Origin: an uncultured Gammaproteobacteria bacterium
GTDB lineage: Bacteria; Patescibacteriota; Microgenomatia; Levybacterales; GWA1-39-11
Assembly: GCA_964651815.1 (NCBI GenBank)
Contig: CAZYWG010000001.1
Location: 129,189-193,188 of the forward strand
Direction: 5' to 3'
DNA: 64,000 nt
The translations under genes were made by a program, and so were the position numbers. Below are positions 26,330-35,615 of this stretch, one piece after another. The notes beneath the pieces are model-generated. The model had not been told where the DNA came from, ran no database searches, and was given only the letters and a program-made list of their open reading frames with translations. How positions within the stretch are numbered: position 1 is the first letter of the stretch; the number at the start of each line of letters is the position of its first letter.

Positions 26330-27799
26330 ATGAAAAAAAAATTGTGGCATAAAAGAATTCCGACATCGGCTGCCTTTCTACTTCTTTTTATAAGTATTTG
26401 GGTAACCTCATTTCTCCTTCAAAAAGGGGCGGTTTTTATTGGCCAAGCGACACCTGATAAAACGCCGCAAAATGTTAAGATTTATAATGTGTCCGATTCT
26501 TCGTTTGCGGTTGCGTTTGCAACATATGACAAAACGGTTTCAGCGCTTCTAGTTGATGTAGACTCAAAAAATTCGAATACAATATTTGATTATAGAGACA
26601 AAAAAGGAGAAGCGAATTTTAATTCACATTTTATTGTTGTGTCTGGCCTATCTCCAAATCATAAATATTCATTTTCCATATTATCTGAGGGACAAACTTT
26701 TAATAATGGGGATTCAAAATATATTGTCAAAACCGGACCAAAAATTTCCTCAAAATCCCCAAATCAAAAGTTAATTTCCGGGAAGGTAATTCTCCCCGAT
26801 GGAACGCCTGCTCCTGACACAATTGTTCAACTTCAGGTTCCTAATGCACAAAGCATAGCTACTGTCACAGATAACAACGGCTCGTATAAAATCCAGGCGA
26901 ATATCATTAGAAGTGCCAATTTATCAACTTATATAAGACTTGGTTCATCAACTGAAATTGTATTAAAATTCTCTAATCAAAATCTTGAGTCAACTATAAA
27001 AAGCATTTACAAATCGGCCGCCACAATTCCTACAGTAACTCTTTCATATAAATATGATTTTACCCGCGTCACAAGTCAAGAATCGGCAACCGCCTCTTCA
27101 CAACTACAAGCACCCGTTCAAATTTTACAGGCTGGTGTCATAAAGATATTAAAGCCGGTGCCTGGTCAATCTTACACAGATTCTCAGCCGGTATTTCAGG
27201 GTATCGCCCTACCCACAGAAAACGTAAGTATTTTAATTAATCCGGATTCAATTAAAGCAACACTGGTTGCGGACAGGAATGGTTTTTGGTCTTATAGACC
27301 AAGTGGGCCTTTATCTCCGGGTGCTCACACTCTTACAATTAAAACCCCGAATAATCTGGGCATTTCAAAAACATTAATTGCCGATTTTAATATTTTTTCG
27401 CTTGGTACACGCGTTACGGAATCAGCGACTCCTTCCGCAACTCCCGTTATAACTTTGGCTCCCACTTTTACACCAACTCCTACTACTGTTCCGACTGTTG
27501 CTCCAACTGCGACTCCAACAATTGCAGTTCAAACTACCCAAAATCCAACTCCTACTGTTGGCACAGTATCAAATCCAACTCCTACTACCGCTCCAACTGC
27601 TGCACCTACCTTGATTGCACTTAACCCTACCTCCACTCCCACTCCAACGGTTGCAAAAGTCGCAACAAATGCGCCAACCGCGAAACCAAAATTGACAGGT
27701 GCAACTCCAGTTCCAACCGGAAGTTCGTCAACTGTAGTTTTTACATTCATTTCTGTTATATTAATAACTGCTGGAAGTGCATTATTGTTTATCCTCTAA
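26330..27799 (+). CDS. Large cell-surface protein: N-terminal signal anchor, FN3/Ig-like domains, a Thr/Pro/Ala-rich low-complexity stalk and a C-terminal hydrophobic anchor
   Basis: 489-aa protein. N-terminal TM helix. Beta-rich domains such as VKIYNVSDSSFAVAFATYDKTVSALL. PT(P/A)T-rich region. C-terminal sequence VVFTFISVILITAGSALLFIL. Confidence 0.5.
   Translation: MKKKLWHKRIPTSAAFLLLFISIWVTSFLLQKGAVFIGQATPDKTPQNVKIYNVSDSSFAVAFATYDKTVSALLVDVDSKNSNTIFDYRDKKGEANFNSHFIVVSGLSPNHKYSFSILSEGQTFNNGDSKYIVKTGPKISSKSPNQKLISGKVILPDGTPAPDTIVQLQVPNAQSIATVTDNNGSYKIQANIIRSANLSTYIRLGSSTEIVLKFSNQNLESTIKSIYKSAATIPTVTLSYKYDFTRVTSQESATASSQLQAPVQILQAGVIKILKPVPGQSYTDSQPVFQGIALPTENVSILINPDSIKATLVADRNGFWSYRPSGPLSPGAHTLTIKTPNNLGISKTLIADFNIFSLGTRVTESATPSATPVITLAPTFTPTPTTVPTVAPTATPTIAVQTTQNPTPTVGTVSNPTPTTAPTAAPTLIALNPTSTPTPTVAKVATNAPTAKPKLTGATPVPTGSSSTVVFTFISVILITAGSALLFIL
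27420..27720 (+). repeat. Low-complexity Thr/Pro/Ala-rich coding repeat region (PTxT units)
   Basis: Repeated act cct / cca act / gct cca codon blocks encoding TPTPTTVPTVAPTATPT... Confidence 0.6.
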
Positions 27800-27820
27800 A
27801 ACTGTCTTAAAATAAAACAC

Positions 27821-29104
27821 ATGAAAATTGGTATTATTGGAGCGGGATTTACTGGACTTTCTGCAGCATTCGCCTTATCAAAAAAGGGACACGACGTTGA
27901 GGTTTTTGAACGTGATGATAAGCCTGGAGGTTTAGCAATTGGATATCAAGAAAAAGAGTGGAAATGGAGCCTTGAAAAACATTACCATCATTGGTTTACA
28001 AATGATAAATTCGTATTGAATCTCGCAAAAGAAATTGGCCACAATGTAATTATTCGGCGCCCAAAAACTTCAAACTTTGTTAATGGCCGGATTTACCAGT
28101 TTGACTCTCCTCGTGACGTTTTGTCATTTCCAGAACTATCTGTATTTAACCGTCTGCGTATGGCTGCAGTAATTGCAACTTTGCGTTACGACCCTTTTTG
28201 GCAGCCGCTTGAGAAATTTAATGCAACCGAATTTTTACCTAAAACGATGGGCGAAGAAGCTTATAGATTAATTTGGGAGCCATTGTTTAAAAATAAATTC
28301 GGACCTTACTCAGATAACATTTCTCTTGCATGGTTTTGGGCAAGAATTGTAAAACGCACACCTTCTCTTGCTTATCCTGAAGGAGGTTTTCTAACTTTTG
28401 CACAGCACCTTCAGAAAGCAATAGAAAAACGAGACGGCAAATTTCAATATAATACAGAAGTTATTGATTTGTCATCAGATAAAAATCCCCACATAAAATT
28501 TTGCAGGGTCGGAACAACTGAAACAAAATTGAAAAGTTATGACAAAGTTATAGTTACACTTCCTTCCTTCCAATTTCTAAAAATCGCACATAATTTACCT
28601 GACGAGTATAAAAATAAATTTGTAAAACTTAAAGGTCTTGGCGCAACCAATCTTATTCTTCGTCTCAAAAAACCATTTTTTCAAGATAATACGTATTGGC
28701 TTAGTATCTGTGATCCAACCTCTCCCATTATGGCAATTGTAGAACATACAAATTTTATGGACAAAAAAAATTATAACAATGAACACCTAGTTTATCTTGG
28801 AAATTATTTACCTGCAGATCACACGAGATTTACTATGGACAAAGTAGAAAAGTTAAAACTTTTTGATTCTTTTTTAAAAAAAATCAATCCCGAGTATAAA
28901 AAGAGTTTAATAGATTATGAGCTATTCAAAGCTCCATTCGCTCAACCAATTATACCGGTTAACTATTCAAAAAATATTCCTCAACATAATACTCCCCTTA
29001 AGAATGTGTATTTAGCAAATATTGAACAGGTTTACCCATGGGACAGGGGGACAAATTATGCTGTTGAACTTGGAGAAAAAATAGCAAATATTGTTTTTAA
29101 TTAA
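27821..29104 (+). CDS. FAD/NAD(P)-binding oxidoreductase of the amine-oxidase/phytoene-desaturase/protoporphyrinogen-oxidase superfamily
   Basis: N-terminal Rossmann fold MKIGIIGAGFTGLSAAFALSKKGHDVEVFERDDKPGG. It is the first gene of a co-directional operon of overlapping genes. Confidence 0.7.
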   Translation: MKIGIIGAGFTGLSAAFALSKKGHDVEVFERDDKPGGLAIGYQEKEWKWSLEKHYHHWFTNDKFVLNLAKEIGHNVIIRRPKTSNFVNGRIYQFDSPRDVLSFPELSVFNRLRMAAVIATLRYDPFWQPLEKFNATEFLPKTMGEEAYRLIWEPLFKNKFGPYSDNISLAWFWARIVKRTPSLAYPEGGFLTFAQHLQKAIEKRDGKFQYNTEVIDLSSDKNPHIKFCRVGTTETKLKSYDKVIVTLPSFQFLKIAHNLPDEYKNKFVKLKGLGATNLILRLKKPFFQDNTYWLSICDPTSPIMAIVEHTNFMDKKNYNNEHLVYLGNYLPADHTRFTMDKVEKLKLFDSFLKKINPEYKKSLIDYELFKAPFAQPIIPVNYSKNIPQHNTPLKNVYLANIEQVYPWDRGTNYAVELGEKIANIVFN

Positions 29105-31320
29105 TGGACTTTCAAAGCATATCTTCTCTTGCCTATTTTGTTTCTTTTCTTCTCCTTATAACTTGCCTTGGAATTCCAATTGTGTTTCTTCTTTTTAAAA
29201 AAAACGGGGATCATGGTTTTGCTTTTTCAAAGCTTTCTGTAATTCTTATTTTATCTTTCACTTCTTGGCTTATAGGATATATGGGAGAGGTATATATTTT
29301 TAAAACAATTTTGGCAGAATTTTTAATAATCGCAATTATTTCCTCGATTGTTTTTTTTAAAAATAAAAAAGACTTAATTAAAACTCTCAAATCTAGCAAA
29401 AAGATATTTATTTTTGAGGAACTTATTTTTTGGATTTTCTTCTTTTCTTTTATCTTAATTCGCGTAGGTAACCCAGACTTATGGCACCCTGTCATGGGTG
29501 GCGAAAAACCGATGGATTTTGCCTTCTTAAATGCAATGGTAAGAACAACTTCTCTTCCACCATTTGACCCATGGTTTGCAGGAAGTACTATCAATTATTA
29601 CTATTTTGGGCAATTTATAGGCGCGACAATTATTAAGCTATTAAATATTCCTTCTGCTATATTCTATAATCTTTTTCTTTCATACCTTTTTGCTCAAGCC
29701 GCGGTGGGCGCAGCATCAATTATTTTTTCATTCACGAAAAATAAGGCGTTTTCATTATTGGGAAGCTTCTTTCTTTTGGTATCAGGCAATTTAGCACAGA
29801 TTCCCGTAATCATTGGCTCATTCAAAACCGCTATTCCTATAAATGGGTGGTATTGGACAGCAACACGAATTATGCCAAATTTTGAAATAAATGAATTTCC
29901 ATTTTTTACATTTCTTTATGCAGATCTCCACTCTCACCTAATTGCGCTTCCCATAGATTTATTTTTAATTGCTCTTCTAACTGAATTTTATCAACTCTTG
30001 AAATCCCAGGAATTAATGCGAGCAACGTTTTTAGTAATTCTCGCATCAATTGTTCTTGGAATATTACGAATGACAAACATATGGGACTACCCTAGCTTTT
30101 TGCTATTTACTTTTTTAGTTATCTTTTTATCAATCTTACATTTTTCAAAAAAAAGCGTTTTTAAACGACTCTTAATAGCGGGTTTCTTATCCGCAATTTC
30201 AGTTGTAGTAAGTAATCTTTCTATTCTACCTTTTATTATTTTTTATAAAACCGGCCCTCTTGGCGCAACAATTTACACAGAGCACCCCACGCGAATATCT
30301 GATTATGTTTTAATTCATGGATTCTTTTTGTTTATATTAATTACTTTCTTTATTGTATTTATTAAATTTAAAAATATTTTTACTCTTTCCAAGATATATA
30401 GGCTCTTTTTGTTTATACCGTTGGCAATTTGCGTTATTTTACTCTCAAAAAGTTTGATCTTTCTAGCATTTATTTCTTTCCTAATTTCATTAACTTTTAT
30501 CACCTTTGTGATAAACAGAAATGACAAACTGGCACCTCCAGTAATTCTATTAATCTTTGCACTTTTCTTGACTTCAATTCCCGATATTATCGACATAAAA
30601 CTCGGTCTCGGAAGAATGAATACCGTTTTTAAATTCTATTTTCAAGGATGGATATTTTTTGCACTTGGATCATCGATTGCCTCATTTTTTATTTTCGAGA
30701 AGATTAAAAAACACTCAACCGTAAAAATCGTCGTAATGGTAATTTTCTTTGTATTATTTGGCGGAACGCTTTTGTATCCCGTGACAGCCACACCTGCAAA
30801 AATTAATGACAGAATGGGGCTAGATAGACGTCCCACTTTAAATGGCGAGCACTACATGAATAATTCCATTTACTACGACAAAGAGGAAAGTATCCCTCTC
30901 CGTTATGACATGTTTGCCATTGATTGGATTAAAAAAAATATAGAAGGAAAACCTGTAATTCTTGAGGCGTCTGTCCCTATTTATCGCTGGGGAAGCCGCA
31001 TCTCAATATATACAGGACTCCCTACTGTACTTGGTTGGGATTGGCACGAAATTGCGCATAGACAATATCTTCCGGCATCAGATATCCAAATCCGCACTGC
31101 TCAAATTCAACAAATATATGAATCAAATGATTTTGAAGCAACAAAAAAACTTTTGGTACTATATAATATTTCATATATTTATTTAGGTCAACTTGAGAAA
31201 GCGTATTACAATACGTCTGGTATTAGAAATATAATTGTTAAACATCCGGCATTTTTTGTGGAAGTTTACAAAAATCCACAAGTTACTATCTATAAGTTTT
31301 TGAATGGAAGATCTTATTAA
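29104..31320 (+). CDS. Chlor_Arch_YYY / DUF2298-like polytopic membrane protein (738 aa), first paralog; probably a GT-C-type transferase
   Basis: About 16 or more TM helices. Motifs EKPMDFAFLNA, DPWFAG, INYYYFG (the YYYxG motif) and GLPTVLGWDWHE. The ATG overlaps the stop of the upstream oxidoreductase. Confidence 0.6.
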   Translation: MDFQSISSLAYFVSFLLLITCLGIPIVFLLFKKNGDHGFAFSKLSVILILSFTSWLIGYMGEVYIFKTILAEFLIIAIISSIVFFKNKKDLIKTLKSSKKIFIFEELIFWIFFFSFILIRVGNPDLWHPVMGGEKPMDFAFLNAMVRTTSLPPFDPWFAGSTINYYYFGQFIGATIIKLLNIPSAIFYNLFLSYLFAQAAVGAASIIFSFTKNKAFSLLGSFFLLVSGNLAQIPVIIGSFKTAIPINGWYWTATRIMPNFEINEFPFFTFLYADLHSHLIALPIDLFLIALLTEFYQLLKSQELMRATFLVILASIVLGILRMTNIWDYPSFLLFTFLVIFLSILHFSKKSVFKRLLIAGFLSAISVVVSNLSILPFIIFYKTGPLGATIYTEHPTRISDYVLIHGFFLFILITFFIVFIKFKNIFTLSKIYRLFLFIPLAICVILLSKSLIFLAFISFLISLTFITFVINRNDKLAPPVILLIFALFLTSIPDIIDIKLGLGRMNTVFKFYFQGWIFFALGSSIASFFIFEKIKKHSTVKIVVMVIFFVLFGGTLLYPVTATPAKINDRMGLDRRPTLNGEHYMNNSIYYDKEESIPLRYDMFAIDWIKKNIEGKPVILEASVPIYRWGSRISIYTGLPTVLGWDWHEIAHRQYLPASDIQIRTAQIQQIYESNDFEATKKLLVLYNISYIYLGQLEKAYYNTSGIRNIIVKHPAFFVEVYKNPQVTIYKFLNGRSY

Positions 31321-32257
31321 AGCAAGAAAGAAAACTCGCAGAGGTTTTCAGGACGAAGATTGGCCAGATCATTACCTTGAAAAAGTGGCTTGTCCGCTGT
31401 GCAAAAGTGATTCCTATAAAAAACTCTACCCAGACTCTTACCGAAGGATCGTGAGGTGTAATAAGTGTCATCTGATATACACTAACCCGCGTCTTAAAAA
31501 AATCCATTTGAAACACCTTTATTCGCAGGAGTACTTCCAAAATACAAATTCTTCCCATTTTGGATACGAAAACTATTTGGATGATGAAGAAAAAATTGTT
31601 AAAACTTTCGCAAAAAGGATGTCTGCGATTGAAAGAGAGTTTGGCCGAGGGAAAAAGGGGAATATCTTAGACATTGGATGCGCAACCGGTTTTTTCTTAA
31701 AAGCAGCAAAAGACGCCGGCTGGCAAGTTGAAGGAGTCGAGATTTCAGAATTTGCTGCCAACTACGCTAAAAATCACTTTAAATTTAAGGTCTACTGTGA
31801 AGATTTTTTAGATATTAAAATTTCAGAAAAGTTTGATGTTATCACAATGTGGGACGTTATAGAACACTTCTATAATCCGCAAGCTGCAATTGAAAAAGCA
31901 AATAAACTTTTAAAACCCGGGGGCTTACTTGTTTTGTCAACGCCAGATGTTGCTTCACTACCGGCCAAAATAACCCGCCACAAATGGGTAGGTTACAAAC
32001 TTTCAGATGAACACTTAACTTATTTTTCTCCCAAAACTATGAAAATCTTCCTTGAAAATTCAGGGTTATCGATTGTGAGGAATGGACATGTTGGAAAACA
32101 CGTTTCACTTGATATGCTTCAGGACAGAGCATCAATTTATAGTCCTGCTTTGGGCCGCGCATTTTCTATTGCAAAACGATTTTTCCCTAAAAATTACTTT
32201 CTTTACATCAATCCATTTGACATAATGTGTGTATATGCAAAGAAAATTCTTTCATAA
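31304..32257 (+). CDS. Class I SAM-dependent methyltransferase with an N-terminal Zn-ribbon
   Basis: Zn-ribbon CPLCKS...CNKCH. SAM motif I ILDIGCATGFF. Acidic motif II-like sequence DVITMWDVIEH. Confidence 0.8.
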   Translation: MEDLIKARKKTRRGFQDEDWPDHYLEKVACPLCKSDSYKKLYPDSYRRIVRCNKCHLIYTNPRLKKIHLKHLYSQEYFQNTNSSHFGYENYLDDEEKIVKTFAKRMSAIEREFGRGKKGNILDIGCATGFFLKAAKDAGWQVEGVEISEFAANYAKNHFKFKVYCEDFLDIKISEKFDVITMWDVIEHFYNPQAAIEKANKLLKPGGLLVLSTPDVASLPAKITRHKWVGYKLSDEHLTYFSPKTMKIFLENSGLSIVRNGHVGKHVSLDMLQDRASIYSPALGRAFSIAKRFFPKNYFLYINPFDIMCVYAKKILS

Positions 32258-32285
32258 TTTCCAAGACACGCTTTCCACTTGATGA

Positions 32286-33989
32286 ATGAAATATAGAGAA
32301 AAAATTTTACTTGGATTAATATTGGCCGGGGCTTTTTTTTTGAGGTCGTACCACATTAATTGGGATCAGGGAACACATCTTCATCCCGATGAGCGTGCAA
32401 TTGTCATGAATACGCTCCCGCTTGCACTTCCCCAAAGCTTATCCCAATTTTTAAGCGTCGCGAGCCCACTTAACCCACACTTTTTCCCTTATGGAAACTT
32501 TCCGCTTTATCTTTTAAAGGCCATTTCAACATTTGCAGCAATATTTAACCATCACCTTGCTGAATATAATGGAATTGAACTTGTTGGTCGATTTATCTCC
32601 TCGCTTATTGATATACTCACGATTTTGTTAATCTTTAAAATGACAAGAATTCTGTTTGGAGAAAAGGCAGGATTTGCAGCAGCTATTATTTATGCACTTT
32701 CTGTTTTCCCAATACAAGCTTCTCATTTTTATGCAGTAGATATACTTTTAACTTTTTTTACAACCTTAACACTTTTCCGTCTTCTACTATTTCATACAAA
32801 ACCCAACATTCTTAATGCAGCATTTGTTGGCATATCTTTTGGACTTTCTCTAGTCACAAAAATAAGCGCTATTCCGCTATTTGCTGCCATAGTTGGAGCC
32901 ATTTCTATAGATTTTGTATTAATTCTTGTGAAAGCTCCACATAAATACAATGTTTGGCTTCCTCATGTTCCAATATTTTTAAAACGGCTGATTCGAGATC
33001 TTCTTTCGATTGGTTTTTTTACCACCCTTACTTTTGTCATTTTTCAACCGTATGCTCTGATTGATTCTAAAGAATTCATTTCTCAAAATTTGCTTCAATC
33101 TCAAATGAGCAATAATGCTTATATTTTCCCGTATACCCTACAGTATGTTGGAAAAATTCCATATTTTTACGAACTAAAGAATTTATTTTTATGGGGGCAA
33201 GGACCTGTAATATCATTATTGTGTCTTTTGGGTGTTTTATTTTTTGCATTGAATTACAAAAATTATCCAAAAGAAGCAAAGTCCAAGACTTTAATAATTC
33301 TATCGTTTTTACTAATTTATTTCTTAATTATTGGAAAATTCGCGGTGGGATGGATGAGATACATGTTACCACTTTATCCGCTACTTAGTATTTTTGGAGG
33401 AACTTTTTTACTTTTTTTAGTTGACAAATATTTTAAGCCTATAAAATTTAACTTTGTAAAAATTTCATTAGGTATCGCAATTTTATTGTTACTTTTAATT
33501 TGGCCAATTTCATTCATGTCGATTTATCAAAAAACAAACACCCGAGTAGCCGCAACAGATTGGATAAATAAAAACATTCCAACCGGTTCACCAATTGCCA
33601 TTGAACACTGGGATGACCAATTACCGCTGTACTCGTCAAATAACTATAATTTCATTATCCTAACGCTTTACGACCAACCCGACGACAAAACAAAATGGGC
33701 TATTATGTCCCAGAAAATAAAAGCCGCAAAATATATTATCATCGCGTCCAATAGGCTTTACATACCACTACAAAAACTTTCTGATTGTAAAAAGTTTAAA
33801 GAATGTTTCCCCTTAACCGCACAGTATTATAAAAATTTATTCTCCGGGAAGCTGGGATTCAAAAAAATTGCAGAATTTTCGTCTTATCCCACTATTCCAG
33901 TATTAAACTTGCAGATTAATGACCAAGGGGCAGACGAGTCATTTACAGTCATTGATCACCCGAAAGTGTATATTTTCAAAAAGGTGTAA
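32286..33989 (+). CDS. GT-C fold glycosyltransferase (ArnT/PMT-like)
   Basis: 567-aa polytopic protein. The first extracytoplasmic loop carries a DE motif (HLHPDERAIVMNT) and there is a C-terminal soluble domain. Confidence 0.55.
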   Translation: MKYREKILLGLILAGAFFLRSYHINWDQGTHLHPDERAIVMNTLPLALPQSLSQFLSVASPLNPHFFPYGNFPLYLLKAISTFAAIFNHHLAEYNGIELVGRFISSLIDILTILLIFKMTRILFGEKAGFAAAIIYALSVFPIQASHFYAVDILLTFFTTLTLFRLLLFHTKPNILNAAFVGISFGLSLVTKISAIPLFAAIVGAISIDFVLILVKAPHKYNVWLPHVPIFLKRLIRDLLSIGFFTTLTFVIFQPYALIDSKEFISQNLLQSQMSNNAYIFPYTLQYVGKIPYFYELKNLFLWGQGPVISLLCLLGVLFFALNYKNYPKEAKSKTLIILSFLLIYFLIIGKFAVGWMRYMLPLYPLLSIFGGTFLLFLVDKYFKPIKFNFVKISLGIAILLLLLIWPISFMSIYQKTNTRVAATDWINKNIPTGSPIAIEHWDDQLPLYSSNNYNFIILTLYDQPDDKTKWAIMSQKIKAAKYIIIASNRLYIPLQKLSDCKKFKECFPLTAQYYKNLFSGKLGFKKIAEFSSYPTIPVLNLQINDQGADESFTVIDHPKVYIFKKV

Positions 33990-34026
33990 TTGTAAAAAGA
34001 ATTTTTATTGTTTAAAATGTATTTTT

Positions 34027-35064
34027 ATGCAAACCGTTCTTATTACAGGTGGTGCCGGCTTTCTTGGAGTGCATTTATCCCGCTTCTTACTCGCAAAGGG
34101 TCTTAAAGTAATTTGCCTTGATATTGAAGAAATAACCGCGTCTGATATCAAAAAAAGAGTTTCATATGTTAACGTTGATATCAGAAATAAAAACGAGCTC
34201 ATCCGTGCATTTAAAAACGTAGACTTCATTGTTCATGCTGCTGCCGCTCTTCCCATAATTCATAGTAAAAACGAAATATTTAAAACAAATATTGACGGAA
34301 CAGAAAATGTACTTGACGCAGCATTTACAAACAAAGTAAAACGTTTAGTCTTTATTTCTAGCACTGCCGTTTATGGGGTCCCAAAACATTTACCCGAAAC
34401 TGAAGGAGATCTTATTAAACCAATAGGCTATTACGGTGAGTCAAAAGTGGCCGGCGAAAAATTATCCCTTTCTTATCAAAAAAAAGGTTTACAAGTAAAT
34501 ATTATTCGTCCCAAAACATTTTTAGGGCCAGAGAGGCTCGGGGTCTTTACCCTTTGGTTTGAAGCAATATATAAAAACAAACCAGTTTTCATTTTGGGGT
34601 CTGGAGATAATTTATATCAGCTCCTTGAAGTTAATGATTTATGCGATGCTATTTATAACGCGCTCACAATTAAAAAATCTGGGGAGGTTTTTAATGCCGG
34701 GGCGCAAGAATTTAGGACCTGGAGGGAGGATCTAGGTGCATTAATAAAACATGCAAAATCAAAATCAAAAATTGTAGGCTTCCCTGTTTTACCTTCACAA
34801 TTAGCACTTTCAGTTCTTGAAAAATTAAATCTTTCACCAATCGTTGCGTGGCATTATAAAACACTTCCAATTAATTCTTACGTAAGTATAGAAAAGGCAA
34901 AAAAGATTTTAAATTTTAAACCAAAAAAAGGGAACCAAGATATTTTAATTGAGAGTTATGATTGGTATGCTAAAAATAGGAAAAAATTTATTGGAAAAAC
35001 AGGAAACACCCATAGAACACTTTGGAATTTTAAATTGCTTGATATTTTTGACAAATTATCATGA
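34027..35064 (+). CDS. NAD-dependent epimerase/dehydratase (SDR family, UDP-sugar epimerase-like)
   Basis: MQTVLITGGAGFLGVHL has the GxxGxxG motif, and the catalytic YxxxK sits in YGESKVAGEK. The listed ORF start at 33919 overlaps the upstream gene, so the ATG at 34027 is preferred. Confidence 0.85.
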   Translation: MQTVLITGGAGFLGVHLSRFLLAKGLKVICLDIEEITASDIKKRVSYVNVDIRNKNELIRAFKNVDFIVHAAAALPIIHSKNEIFKTNIDGTENVLDAAFTNKVKRLVFISSTAVYGVPKHLPETEGDLIKPIGYYGESKVAGEKLSLSYQKKGLQVNIIRPKTFLGPERLGVFTLWFEAIYKNKPVFILGSGDNLYQLLEVNDLCDAIYNALTIKKSGEVFNAGAQEFRTWREDLGALIKHAKSKSKIVGFPVLPSQLALSVLEKLNLSPIVAWHYKTLPINSYVSIEKAKKILNFKPKKGNQDILIESYDWYAKNRKKFIGKTGNTHRTLWNFKLLDIFDKLS

Positions 35065-35615
35065 AGACAAAAATTGGGTTTGATTTTGACAAAATATTTG
35101 TATCATATCCTCCAATTATTCCGGGCTTTTTAATTGAATATTTATATAAGAAGAAAAACCATAATCTTTCTTATAGAATCCCTGGTAAGGTAGAGCAAAA
35201 GATAAGGGTTCTCTCTCATACACCAATTTTTCGTCGTCCTATAAAATCTAACATTGATGCACTTAAAAAAATTTTTGATTCAAAGGAATTTAAAATATAC
35301 TTAATTTCAAGCAGGTTTTCATTTTTAAAAAAAAGGACAGATGACTGGAACCATAAACACAAACTCTCCAGTTTTTTTGAAAACATGTACTTTAACTTTG
35401 ATGATAAACAACCGCATATTTTTAAAAAAACAATCATTAAAAAGGAAGGTATTCAAAAGTTTGTGGATGATGATCTTGATCTTTTGCGATATCTTGCTAA
35501 AGAAAACGAGGACGTACAATTTTATTGGCTGAGTGATAATCATCATTTGACAAAATTACCGGAAAATATCAAAAAAATTAAAAATTTGGAAGAATTTAGA
35601 ATTAAATATTTATGA
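35061..35615 (+). CDS. Hypothetical protein, possibly a HAD-like phosphatase
   Basis: 184-aa protein. FDFDKIF is a motif I-like DxD sequence. VDDDLD is motif IV-like. Translationally coupled to both neighbours. Confidence 0.3.
   Translation: MKTKIGFDFDKIFVSYPPIIPGFLIEYLYKKKNHNLSYRIPGKVEQKIRVLSHTPIFRRPIKSNIDALKKIFDSKEFKIYLISSRFSFLKKRTDDWNHKHKLSSFFENMYFNFDDKQPHIFKKTIIKKEGIQKFVDDDLDLLRYLAKENEDVQFYWLSDNHHLTKLPENIKKIKNLEEFRIKYL

Noticed and set aside
33919-34026. Upstream extension of the epimerase ORF
   Set aside because: The listed start overlaps the preceding GT-C gene by 70 nt and encodes a Cys/Lys-rich junk N-terminus. The ATG at 34027 gives the canonical MQTVLITGGAGF Rossmann start.
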